The notes: generated from the sequence alone by a model not told the origin. A DNA stretch of 64,000 nucleotides from Perna viridis (GCA_037379345.1 CM074511.1:15562001-15626000), one strand, 5' to 3'; numbered from the stretch's first letter, positions 12,019-24,305 are shown. A program made the numbers and translations.

Positions 12019-12869
12019 GTTTGTATATGACAAGGTGTTAACACTAGATTGCTAAATTTAAATGTACCTTTGATTTTTCATTAACTGCAGAACTACATAG
12101 AGAAGTTTAAGTGTACTGATTTCTTATTCTTAAGTGGAGCAAAATGTCAGAACAGTAAAATATGTTATTATATATGTATGCTCATGTTTATACACAAAGA
12201 AATATGCAAACATGTTTGCTAGCAAAAAGTTTCAGATCTGGTAAGAACTTCAGCAGGGTAAAAAAAATATGGAAATATGGTAAAAAGAGAAATGAAATGT
12301 TTTCTCAATCTCAAACGTAAACTGAAAGAGCATTATTTTTTTCTTACTTAGGTCATACAAATGTATGTGTAGGTTCTCAGGCCTGTTTTTTTTTTTGTTT
12401 TGTTTTTTGTTTTTTTGTGGTTTTTTTTGGTCAGAAGAAAATAGACAAAACGTTTCTGTGAGTAATATTTATTATCACACAGTTCAGAAACTGTGATTGT
12501 GGGAGGGTAAGTTTATGATACTCTATGGCATCAAGATCTTCCTAGAGAAATAATTTTGCACGGTTTTAATATACATGTCATATATCTGCTGAAGCGTTTT
12601 GAACTTTCCTGCCAAGTGCACAAACAATCTCAATGACAAATTAATAAAACTGAAACCGTTTTCCAGAACAGACACCAAAAAAAAATCAGGATTTTAAAGT
12701 TTTTTTTGTTTTTTATTTTGTCATATAATAAAGATCAGGAGTGTTTTAACGATGCAGAGGTGCCTGAAAACCTACACTTTTTTATTTAGCCTTACATGTA
12801 AGATTAAAATGTACATAAATATACATAGTTTCCTTAAGTTTCATTGTATAGAAATTACTTAATTTTCAG

Positions 12870-13157
12870 ACCCCTAAGATCAAAAGGAAACCAGGTAGGC
12901 CTCGTGGGTCTAAGAATAAAATTCCTTGTATTGAAGCAGATGAAATAAAACCAAGACATTGTAAAAGTGACACAAGCTACACAGAAGTTGTGGAAAATGT
13001 TGTAGAGGAGGAGTTTTCTGAGAGTGAAGAAGGGGAGAATGACACAGAGGTTCAGAAAAGAGGCCCAGGGAGGCCGTCAAAGAATAGAGAATCAACAATC
13101 AAAAGGAAGAGGGGGCGGCCACCAGGATCTCTCAATAAAAAGAAGAAATTAAGTGGT
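12870..13157 (+). CDS. AT-hook gene coding exon 11 (96 aa, 3 AT-hooks plus acidic patch)
   Basis: ttttcag|ACC...GGT|gtaagt; KRKPGRPRGSKNK, KRGPGRPSK, KRKRGRPPGSLNK. Confidence 0.9.
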
Positions 13158-14100
13158 GTAAGTTTCTTTCATATAAGAACACCTGTCTTGAAGTTTGTTT
13201 TATGACATTAAATGCTATGACATATTTACCTGAACATCTGACTAGCTTTAGAAATTAAGTTTTTCAGAATTAAAAGATGTTTATATGTTATAGTGAATAA
13301 TATATGGTCAGGGAATTGAGTATGTCTTCCCTTGATCAAATGCCTAGTACCTGACGAAGTATCTTAGATATTTCACTGGATAATTGAAAGGGAGATATTT
13401 CATAGGTATTAGTTTGTTAGAAAGTTGAAATCCCTTTGCCAGTTGTTAAATACCTAATGATGTTGTTGTCTTTTAATTAATGGAAGTCCAACTCTATTTC
13501 CAGAAGGCATTTGTTCCTTATTCTTTCTTTTATTTGAACCTTTTTTTATTACAGATATTATTAAGCATTCTAATATGATGTCCTTAACAGGCTTTGAGAC
13601 TACTACTGTGGCCGATTTTCGATTGCTATATAAGCATCACACGACTTGGGCTTGGCTTGAGTTTGTGTAAATTAATGCCCACCTTAATCATGTAAACAAA
13701 CATACGTAACATTCAAATGTGTATCAGCTGTTTTCATTCATTTCAGTAGCATGAATGAACATCTAATTCATATTTAATAAAAATATTAAAAGTTATATGT
13801 TTTAGAAAAGTTATATTAATTGTAAAAATCACTTACACACATACTTGGTAGCATTTGCCACATGCGCCATGATGTATGAAACCAAACAATAACAATCGTC
13901 AATGAATGACTTAAGTTGTACTTAATTCCCCTTTCCTTCATTATAAAAAACACAAGGCAAAGTTTCTCTAGAGACCAATTCAGCTGACATGGCTAGTGTA
14001 AAGTGTACAGCCAAATATGAAAAAAGGTGGGCTCAGGTTACCGTAATAGGTCACAAAAAATGTTAAAAAGTGCCGTTATTGTCCTTTTAGAATTTAAGTA

Positions 14101-14225
14101 GATCACAGAAACTCCATTTTATAATTGTTTTACCACAGGCTGACCATTTCTGCAAATATTTTACCCCGAGCAACATAGATGGTCAGCCCGCGGTAAAACA
14201 ATGATAAAATGGAGTTTCCATGATT
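14101..14225. mobile_element. Fold-back MITE, copy B
   Basis: ~45-bp stem gaaactccattttat...ggctgaccat / atggtcagcc...ataaaatggagtttc; same family as 9328-9475. Confidence 0.75.
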
Positions 14226-14345
14226 CATTTCTTAATCTGCATATTTATTATATTCCCAAGTGGGGGTATATAGTGATATGGGTGCCTTTACTTCTGTCCA
14301 TCCATCCATCCTTCTTTCTTTCTTTCCTTGTTAAACAGAGGCACC

Positions 14346-14511
14346 CAGAGGTTTCATTATTTTTTAGCAATGCATGTACCTTTGAATTTGTAGGAGGTAC
14401 TTTTCATAATTTTTTTTAATAAAAATGTATGAAATTTTGAAATTCTGGAGGTACCTTTCAGCAGTTTAGATGGGTAAAAGTACCTGGTACCGCCTCTTAA
14501 TGAAAGGCCTG
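14346..14511. mobile_element. Small CAGG-ended (hAT-like) MITE inside a decayed HINE-like repeat (~14245-14880)
   Basis: Ends cagaggtttcatta / taatgaaaggcctg; internal ggaggtac repeats. Confidence 0.4.
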
Positions 14512-15450
14512 GTCACCAATCTGTTATACGTAACTCCTCCTACACCACTGAATTATATGAAATTTCCACAGATTCCTTATTTAGTATTGAAATATGTGCA
14601 TCTTCTGTTTTAGACTTTGATCTGAAGTTTTTATAGGTCTCACATCAGCATACGTACACTTTATAATTCCCTGATTTGGGATACCAATACTCATCTCTTA
14701 TCTGTAATTCATTCTACACAACCGAATGGAATTTAATGACATTTTCATAAATTCATTATTGCATATTACCATTAAACACCTTTTTTTTATCCAAATCAAT
14801 TTGAAGGTCAAAGGGTGCATGTTATAAAATTGGGGGATTGGGGTATCAATTTAGTGAGCATTGCTCACAGTATTTTTCATTCAGATTTTATTCACTTTCA
14901 GTTTCTAGTAAACTACCATGTGTAAGACACAAGGTTCTAACAAATTGCATTGGTTTTCTCTAGACAGATTTTCACTTGCACTTTGATTTAAAAATGGGTT
15001 AGAGAAAATTTTTTGTTATAGTCCACAAATTATTAAATATTCTTAGTTATAAAAGTACTTTTTTCATTCTGTACATGTACCCAGTAGAAAATTATTCAAC
15101 CTTCTCATTCAATCCTAGTTGTGGTCTGGTTTGTAATGAAAAACAGTGTAAGTTATTGTAAATTAGTGGTAATTTTGTTAATGTACACTGATAATCAAGG
15201 TTTACAGAACCCATGATACATGACTCCTGTCTAACACGGTCAGCTTCAATGCATTTTGAACCTATGGTAATGAATCACTTGCCTTAACTTACAAATCTTT
15301 GAGGGGCTGTGTTTACACATGGCCACACTTTGTCATGAAAATAGACATGTTCAAATAATTTTTTGGGATATATTTGGGTCATAGACCATTGCAGATTTAG
15401 GCTGCTAAAGTGTTCTGGAGATCCAAAAAAAATATAATTCCTATTTTCAG

Positions 15451-15564
15451 AGTTTGGTTCCAGTTCTATACAACATATCTCCAGAAACTTACCATGTGCC
15501 TACTGTAAATCAGCCCTCAGCAACTGTTACAGTATTTGCACCAGAAATTGTCGAAGGCATTATG
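15451..15564 (+). CDS. AT-hook gene coding exon 12 (SLVPVLYNISP...VEGIM)
   Basis: ttttcag|AGT...ATG|gtaact; 114 nt; overlaps ORF 15454 in frame. Confidence 0.65.
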
Positions 15565-16647
15565 GTAACTGAATTCAATTTTTGGCCAAAGCATCTATTT
15601 GTTTTCTTTTTTAGATTAATGCATTTTGTATGTGGTTACTAATTTGAAGGCATATTGAAATTAAGTGAGGCTCGTGTGTTTTGTTATTTAACTTTCCCAT
15701 AATCAGAAAATCGTATCAAACTTCTAAATTTATGATTGAAAATCAAAATCATTTAAAAACACCTCATGTGTTATTGTCACTGACTACAACTACATGTATC
15801 ACATTTTGTGGCTTTTGTCACTGAAGCAATAAATGATAAAAAAAACAAGGTTATTGTGCAGATTCATTTCTATGACTACTATTTATACAACAACCCCATC
15901 GTCAGATGACAACTCTTTACCCCTTTTCTGTCCAATTTGAAGATATTCACACTTCTTGGCTTACATGTATATCTCAGAAATAATAACTGATAGACAGGTA
16001 AATGTGCAGAACAAATAGACTGAAGATGTACGTTAGCTTCTTCTTGGAGTTACATGTATTGCCCTTTCCTTTAAATGATTGTCAATTTTTTAAACTTTTT
16101 TTACTGTTTACCAAAAAATTGTAACAAATTTATAAAATGTTAACAGGAAAGTATTCATCATGATGAGGGCTACTATGCTTCTACTGGGTCTGAAGATGTT
16201 TGACGACTCTTTGGAGGTGTCATTGACCTTTCTCTTTCAAAATTGATGCTTTGTACTAGTGATATTTAACGATTTGCACATTTTTAGCTCACCTGGCCAA
16301 AGGTCATTTGAGCTATTGCCATCACTTGGCGTCCATCGTCATCATCATTAACAATTTTTCAAAACTCTTCCCCTATAAATGTTCCTTGGGGTATCCCGCA
16401 TAGAACTTATGTTGGGATTTTTGATCCGTTGTAAAACATGGCCGCCATTACTAAAAATAGAACATAGGGGTCAGACAGAAGTTTTTCGCATATATCTCCA
16501 AAACGGTTAGGTTTAGCCAAATTTTGATGGGGTAAAAGTGTTCAGCATGATGAGATCTATCTGCGGTCAAATTTTCATTTTAATCTATTTAGCCATGTTG
16601 GAGTTATTGCCGTTTTTCAACATTTTTTGCTATTTTTTATGTTATTT

Positions 16648-16701
16648 CTGGATTACATTCTTCTGATTACTGCTATAACCTTGGTTCCCTTGATTACTCT
16701 T
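16648..16701 (+). mobile_element. 54-nt 3' tip of the Penelope-like element
   Basis: 52/54 identical to 54083-54136. Confidence 0.9.
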
Positions 16702-17189
16702 TCAAAAATCTTCTCGTCTGACACTACTTGACCAATTGGAACCAAACTTGGTATGAATTTTCCTTGGGGTATCATGCATAGAACTGGTGTTGGGATTTTT
16801 GATCTGTCGAAAAGCATGGCTGCCGTTACTAAAAATAGAACATAGGGGTCAGACAGTAGTTTTTCACATTTATCTCAAAAACAGTTAGGTTTAGCCCATT
16901 CTGAAATGGGTAAAAGTGTTCAGCAGGTCAAATTTTCATTTTAATCTATTAAGCCATGTTGGAGTTATTGCCCTTTTTCAAAGGTTTTTGCTATTTTTTA
17001 TGTTATTTCTTTCAAAAATCTTCTCCTCTGACACTATTTTACCAATTGAAACAAAACTCAGTATATATGTTCCTTGGGGTATCCTGCGTAGAATTGATGT
17101 GGGATTTTTTTTTATCCGTCGAAAAACATGGCCACTGTTACTAAAAATAGAACATAGGGGTCAGACAGTAGTCTTTTTTATTTTTTATT

Positions 17190-17683
17190 TGATCTGGCGA
17201 CAAAAATAACCAGTTGGCGATTTTCATGGCACCTAGGTTTTGTATATTAAAATTGACATGAAGTTTGTCAGCAACAGATCAATATTCTCTCCAATTAAAC
17301 AATGGTGTTGACACCTGGTCAAAGTTAATTAATAATATAAAGTCCTTGATAGAAAAAAAAACCTGTATGTTGAGTAGTACTATATTATTTTGCATATAAA
17401 AAGTGACTAATGGTTTTAGATCGTGACTAAGACTAGAGCTAAAAACCTGCTTTATACATATATCAAGAGTGAATCTTGGGTACATGTATGTCATAAATGA
17501 AGGGTTATTTTGATGAATTGACAAAGATAACTCATCACTGGACTTAATACTGTCATATTTTAAAAAATTAGATAAAAAAATTTTTGGCACTCATTTTGGC
17601 TCTAATTTATGAAAATTTGCGACAAAAATTGGCAGCTGGCGATTTTTCTGGCGACAGAATTTTGAAAGCCAGAGCAGCCCCTG
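17190..17683. mobile_element. One-ended hAT-like DNA transposon fragment nested in HINE copy 2
   Basis: Ends gagcagcccctg (CAGGG terminus); duplicated gcgacaaaaa...tggcgatttt subterminal motif; replaces part of the host element. Confidence 0.5.
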
Positions 17684-19755
17684 GAAAATGACAGGTTTTT
17701 TTTTTTTTTAGTTTTCAGCCAATGTCTTGAAAACTATGATAGATTTAGACTTTCATTTACTGAAATGATCCTTATGATAAGTCCTATCAAAGTTTCCATG
17801 AGTCAAAATTGTTGGACAACTTCTTGCTTAATTTATTGCCCTTGAAAGGCAAAATTCAACAAGGTGAGTGATTCAGGCTCCTGGGAGCCTCTTGTTTGGT
17901 TTATAAAATAAGTTAACAAAAAATGACTGAACACTTATTGATCCATAATCAAGTCAAGTCAAAGATAAATCTGGCAAAATAGAAACAGCCATGTTTAAAT
18001 TTGACTCCATGTTGAAGTTTTCCCTTTTCTGTAAAAGTTGACAATTTCAAAATTTAGAGATTATAACTAAAGAATTATAATAGTAAGAAAGCAACTGTGA
18101 AATGGAGAGTTCATGAGATTAACAGGTTATCCATACAAGACCCAGGTAGTGGGTGGCACATGCCAAATGTTGTTTTCAAAATATATTCATTTATTTAAGG
18201 TCACAAACTCATGTTTTCTTAAAAATTTGATGTTGTTATGTAATTTACTGAAATGATAAGAATAAGATAAATTACAAAGAAAGCACTACAAAATTTATAA
18301 TAAAAGGAAATAATTTAGGTATGATCTGTTCATGATTTAGCTGATTTGTTAGGGAACTTTGAAGATATATTCTTAGTCATCCACTATTGATACAGAAAAA
18401 TTCCAGTTCTTCCTGTCATCATAATGAGTTAAATATTACTTTGGAAAAAAATTAGTGGGATAAAATTAACCCTGTGCCACCCATGTCATAAGATCTGCCT
18501 GTTTATAACTCAGAAAGAAATGGAGAAGATGTGGTAAAATTAATGTAACTTCACAGAATTATAACAAATGGCTACAACTTTTTTTATATTTGGTCATAAC
18601 TATTGCTGTTATGATTTACTAAAATTCTCACTGATTGCATGATGTTTTGTAAAACAAAGGATTAGTACCTCTGGTTCCCCTATTTTTATTTTACTTTACT
18701 ACACACTTAACAACCGTGTTGTATGATTTCATTTAATTGCCATATTAAAATCCCATTCATACATTTTAATACCATGGACCTTTCGTTAAGTTTTGAACCT
18801 CTTTATTTAAAAAAAATATAAACACAATGAATTTCATCACTTTTATTTTAATACATTATAACCACAGTAATGACCTAACTTAATAATCCAAATTTAATAT
18901 ATTACATGTACTTCAATGTATGAAATATTAACATATCTACATTATGTTAGGTAGAAATCTTGTGATCATCATATATTGCATTTCATCTCATCAATTTTTT
19001 TTAATTGTATCCTATGCCAGATGCAATGGAGTTTTAGAAGCAAGCTTTCTGAAATGCCTACATTGGGCGAGTAGACATAGTACATGTATTGGTTATCATG
19101 GTATTAATTGTTGACTAGACTAACCTTGATTGTTCTACTTTTGTATGAAATTTTCACCACACCATTTGCTATATATATAATTTTAGGTGAAGAAATAATT
19201 TTTCTCTAGTGCATTGAAGATACTGCTAAAGGTTATAGATCTATCATAGCCTTATTTTGTTGCACAATCATTTTTGCTCTTAATTTTGGTTTCACTAATT
19301 CTTGATCATATTTTCAACAGTATGTTAGATACAAACCATACAATTATCAAGTAATGCATTTCATTTCATGATCTTTTTTATAATTGTGTCACATGCCAGA
19401 TGCAATGGGATTTAAAGTTGCTTAAAAATGCCTTTTTTTTTTTTTTTGCTAATACGCATATTTATCTCGTGTGTTGGTAATCAAAGGAGTAAGATTTTGA
19501 ATAGATTAATTCATATTTCCATTTACATCACAATATTCACTATGGACAATTTTCGATGGAACTTTTTTTTCCTATGATGAATGGAAGTTACTATAAATAG
19601 ATCTGTTGTATACATTGATACTACTTAAGATTATACACCAGTCATAGAATTATTTTTGTTACACTGTCGTTATTCAGTTTGATTTCAATTATCCTAATTA
19701 AGGTCAGTGATTGTGACATGAAATGAAAGGAAATTTATGATTATTTACTATTTAG

Positions 19756-20352
19756 GAAGAAACTACTAGCCCAATTCAACAGAAGCCAACCACTGGTAGA
19801 AGACAGAAAACTCCAATAAACTATGCTGCCATGGCTGAGGGCGCCTTGTTAACTGATAGTGACATGTCAGAGGATGAAGGAAAAAAAGGCACACAACCTG
19901 AGACTGTGGTAAAGGTATCTGTGATCACCAGTGCCTCTGAAACAGATTGGAAATCAATGCAAGAAAAAACTGTTAACCCTGAAAATAGCAATCTCATTAA
20001 AAAAAGGGGGAGGGGTAGACCAAAGAAATCAGACCAGACAAAGAGGCCAGGTAGACCAAAGAGTATAAAAACAGACACTTTTGACCTCACTTTAGTTGAA
20101 GATGTATCAGATACTGAATCTAGTGGTGGAAGCAAAGTTCAAAAGAAAAAGTTGGGTAGGCCAAAAAAGGTTGATTCTTATCTGAACATGACTGGTGATG
20201 AAGAGCAAGAATATGATCCCTCTGGAATCAGTGGTATAACCATGGAGGGATGGGAGGGATTTACTGGTGCAGCTAAGGAAGGTACAAGTTTATGTAATGG
20301 TACAGTAAAGGATCCAGCTAGTGTCTCAGCCAAACTGTCTGTGTCAGATCAG
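19756..20352 (+). CDS. AT-hook gene coding exon 13 (199 aa, 3 AT-hooks)
   Basis: tttag|GAA...CAG|gtaact; KKRGRGRPKK, KRPGRPK, KKLGRPKK. Confidence 0.9.
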
Positions 20353-20783
20353 GTAACTTACATATGTAAAATTAGTTCATATGAATATCAGAAGACTTTC
20401 ACCTATTTGCCTGGTTATGTCTGATGAATTATTACTTACTATGCCTTCAAACTGGAAATTTTCTGTGCTTCTTTCAAAATGTTATCATTATACCTACAGT
20501 TCTATACAGCCCATGCATAATTAGAGAATATGAATTAAGTATGAGAAGAAAAAAAAATTATAGAGATTGAAGCAAAATTGGGGAAACATTTGAACTAAAT
20601 CAGGTTTTTTTTAAACTATTCAGAGTTTAAATTTAAAGCATTCAAATTCAACTTTTACCTTACTTGAGCAAAAGTTAGATGCTAAAGGTACTGAATGACT
20701 TATCTATGATTACAGGAGATTTATGTAATGATGTTCCTTTCAGTTTATTTGTTACTGATAATGCACATTTTGTATGATTTCAG

Positions 20784-21350
20784 CCAAATTTACATTCTTT
20801 CGATACAGCAACTAAAATTAGTGACACTAGAAATGAGAAGAGAAAGACATCAGCTGTTGCATTTGTGGATGATGTAGTTATAATTGACTCAGATTCAAAT
20901 GATAAATTTGAATCAGTAAATGTTGAAAACTCAGACACTACTCCAGATGTTATCGTGAAGAATAAAGTGCCAGAAGCGGGAAGTTTTTGTTCAGTTGTTG
21001 ATCTGTCAAATTGTGAAAGGGAAAGTTCCCTCCAAAATGGCAAAGAAGGAAATGAATTAAATTATGCTTCATCAAATCAAATCAACTCTAGTTCACTACA
21101 GCCTGTCATCTCCACAGACACTTTTCGAAGTGTTGCCTCAGTTTCAAATCATCTTGGAGAAAAGTCAGTTGTAATAGACAGTATGCCTTCGACAGTAGTT
21201 GATATTATGCTAACATCTGAACCAGCTTGTTCCTTGAAGAATGAGGTAACTGAAAATTCTGAACAGAATGAGGTAACAGTAACAAAAATCATTACAGAAT
21301 CTTTGCCACAGAATACAAATTCAGGCCTAGCTTCTTCATTGTTTGTTAAT
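20784..21350 (+). CDS. AT-hook gene coding exon 14 (189 aa, acidic/Ser-rich, SIM-like motifs)
   Basis: tttcag|CCA...AAT|gtaagt; in frame with ORF 20865. Confidence 0.85.
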
Positions 21351-22257
21351 GTAAGTTTTTTTTTCAACTAATTTGGTTGATACATAGGGGTTATAAGAAC
21401 AAAAACAACAATTGTAATTAGTAGACTAAAGCAGTTAAGTTTTAGTCCTACTCATGCTTATTCAGCCTCTTAATTTAGTCAGTTTTATGTAGATCTGAAA
21501 TTGCAACTCATTTTATTTTTTGCCAAATACACACCCTCTCAACAAACAAAGGACTTTCAGTTTAGACAGGAATTTAATCCTTGGGATTGTTTGATAGGCT
21601 GAATCTTACAGTTTATTTAGATTTTTGATTTTGAGTACCATTTCCATATTGGTTTGCATTGAGGTCCTAAAGGTCTGAAATTAGTGTGATTTCTACTTAA
21701 ATTGAATTCTTGAGGTTCTGTAATATGCTGTTCTAACTATACATGTATATTTAGATTCTGATTTTGAACATTTCTAATTTTTAAGTTCCACACACTTATT
21801 TTGTGTCATTAACATATGCTATGTCAAAAATTTAAGCATTATTAAAATTGAGAGTTGTACAGAGCTTAACTATAGTGTCAGTTCTGGCCCAAATGCTTCA
21901 GTGTTTTAACTGTAGTCATATCAAGCTTTGCCCCATAAAATAATTTTTTTGAAATCTTACTAATTCCTGTTACTAGCCAATCATATTTTAAATGCTCGAA
22001 AAGGGAAGTTAACAGTAGAGAAATCTGCTAAGGGAGTATCTGATAAACTATGGATCCCAAAACAATTCTGCAAGATGGTGTAAAATGAGTTTTTGGCTTG
22101 TTAACTGACTCCCAACTTCTGCCATTTTATGACATTACAGTGGAATGTGTGAATAGTGAGATCAAGGTACTCTGAGACTAACTGGGGATATGATAGTGTA
22201 TTTTTTTTTCAGGAGTGTTTCAAATTTTACCTGTCTCATATTATAAATTTATTGCAG

Positions 22258-22272
22258 GCTCCCATGTCTTAG
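22258..22272 (+). CDS. AT-hook gene terminal coding exon (APMS-stop); alternative in-frame acceptor at 22213
   Basis: attgcag|GCT CCC ATG TCT TAG; T-rich UTR-like sequence follows, AATAAA at ~23028 and ~24600-24630. Confidence 0.55.
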   Translation, partial: APMS

Positions 22273-22705
22273 CTGTAGAACTGGGCAGTATACACCAAGG
22301 CAGCTGAAACACAGAAGATGTTCCTTTACAGATGAAAGGTGTTATTCTTTCTTTGTTGAGTTGTACATGTGTCTACAACTTATTTACTTTATCATGATCT
22401 TAGCATAAAAAGTAGAGTAACATGTAGCCATATTTAATTTAATTTTTGACATAGTGATAGATTGTGGATCATTTATACAAGTGTTTAGTTTTTTTTTCTT
22501 TAGTCTGTTTATAGTTTTTCTTGCTCTTTTTTTTTAACTTTTTCTACTTGTTAAACCTGTATATGAGGTCATGTTTTTTATTTCTTATGATGTGTATTAC
22601 AACATTGTATTTGTCAATTTTAAAACCTACTTAAAGCAATTCAGACCTTATAGTGCCCAAGTATGATCTATTTCCTTAGTATCGACCAGTAAATACTGTA
22701 AATTG

Positions 22706-22812
22706 GGATATTTTGGCATCAGGATATTTTGGGGTCAGGATATTTTGGCATCAGGTTACTTTGGTGTTAGGATATTTTGGGGTCAGGATACTTTGGCATC
22801 AGGATATTTTGA
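22706..22812. repeat. Minisatellite, 16-bp unit, ~7 copies
   Basis: ggatattttgg(ca/gg)tca, variants alternate. Confidence 0.9.
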
Positions 22813-24070
22813 GGATTTTATGGTTGAAGTAGAAAAAAAGCTTGTGGCAAAACTACAGTGGTGTTTACTAGTATGGTTTCTCCATATTTTCTATGAACTT
22901 TGACGGCAAATTATGCTCTATAGATTGTGAATATCTCCATAATACTTATATTTCACTAAGGTCAGGATTTTACAGATCAGTTCTGTTGACTTTGGTGGGG
23001 GGAAAAAAACAGATTGTTATCATGTAGAATAAACAGATCTGGAGTGACAGCGCTATAAAAGGGCTATAACTCCTTAAAAAGTTTTACCAGTACTAGTTAT
23101 TGAGCTTTTTCAAGAAAAAAATACTTTCAGAGAAAAAAAGGAATTTATTCAAAAGAATCTTAACACAAATGAAGAATATCCATTTTTTTACAGAGTTTAT
23201 GTGGTGGATCAGATCATGTTAAGAAGTATTTCTGTTTATTTTGTCATGTTTATGTTTTTTTATTACATTTCTGTTCTAATTCAACCATTGTTTCTGTTCA
23301 CTGTTCTTTTTGACTTAATTGGGTTTGGTACAATTTACTGAATTATGCAATCACATACTTCACAGGTTGAATGAAGCAAAAATTAGATCGGACCAGCATC
23401 TAGTCAATTATTGCAAGTCTTGAAGTCTCATGTCCTTAAATTTAGTCATTGCTTAGAAATATAACTGTTTTATATGTCTCATATGTCACTATATAAATCA
23501 ATATGTACCTTGTCTGTTGCATGAAGTAACAAATGGCCAGAGCACCATACAACTTGAAGAATACTCATGTCTGAGTATTTATTAACTTCCATGGTAACTC
23601 CAATCAAAGTCTGAGAATTTTATGAATTCATAAACAGTAAAGAATATTCTCATACTGAAGTAAATTTTAAAGTTTAATGGTGCCCAGGTGGGATTTATAC
23701 CATAAGCTGTCTATGAAATATGTGAAGTTTTTTTTACTAATCAGTGAAGACCCAGTACACCAAGCTTTATTTTTTTTCATTGTTACTGTTAGTTGTGTAT
23801 AATCTATGAAAGATATCTATTTATGATGTTATGTACAGAGGATATTTTATGCTCAGTGATAGTTCAGGTTGTTTCAGATGTTCATAGATATCTGCTAGTA
23901 AATAGCCATGTGATTGTTACTGGAAGTCATTAATGTATGTGAATGGTTTTGCATTAACTGTAGCTTAAGGATGAACTTGTTTGATGGTTTGGAAGATTTC
24001 AGACTTCTTTTTTATCTTGATTGTTTTTAATGCACTAGTTACAGCAACATTATCAGGTTTTATTGCTTTC

Positions 24071-24305
24071 ATTGTGTCCCTCACTTTGATGGGGAGACAA
24101 TACTTTTGTCCTATTTATCTGTATGTCTCTTTGTCACACTTTTTTTATGAATGCTACTCTTCAGAAACTACTGCACCAAATATTATGAAACTTTGTAGAT
24201 AATTAGGACATGATATGTAGTTGTACATAATACCGGCAATTAATGATCTATTGAATATTGTGAGTTACACCCCTTTGAACTTTGGAAATTGGAGGGGGAG
24301 ATTAA
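24071..24305 (+). mobile_element. Short HINE-like repeat, family 2 copy B
   Basis: Shares gaaactttgtag, catgatatgtagttgtacat and cccctttgaa blocks with 2572-2810. Confidence 0.65.

Larger units (their letters stand above)
16281..17896 (+). mobile_element. Helentron/HINE-like element, copy 2 (3 internal units, 2 nested insertions)
   Basis: Same termini and internal ~328-bp unit as copy 1. Confidence 0.8.
1153..22272 (+). other. Gene model: multi-AT-hook (HMGA-like) chromatin protein, 15 coding exons, ~1277 aa
   Basis: Exons listed below are all bounded by AG/GT and join into one open frame from ATG 1153 to TAG 22270-22272. 24 GRP cores plus one GRL variant; many have the extended RGRPxG(S/A)KNK form of HMGA hook 2. 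Confidence 0.8.

Noticed and set aside
10291-12044. Minus-strand ORFs with GLFLAPGG repeats
   Set aside because: Antisense shadows of the AT-hook exon
12352-12362. Possible 11-nt microexon between exons 10 and 11
   Set aside because: Frameshifting and no other support
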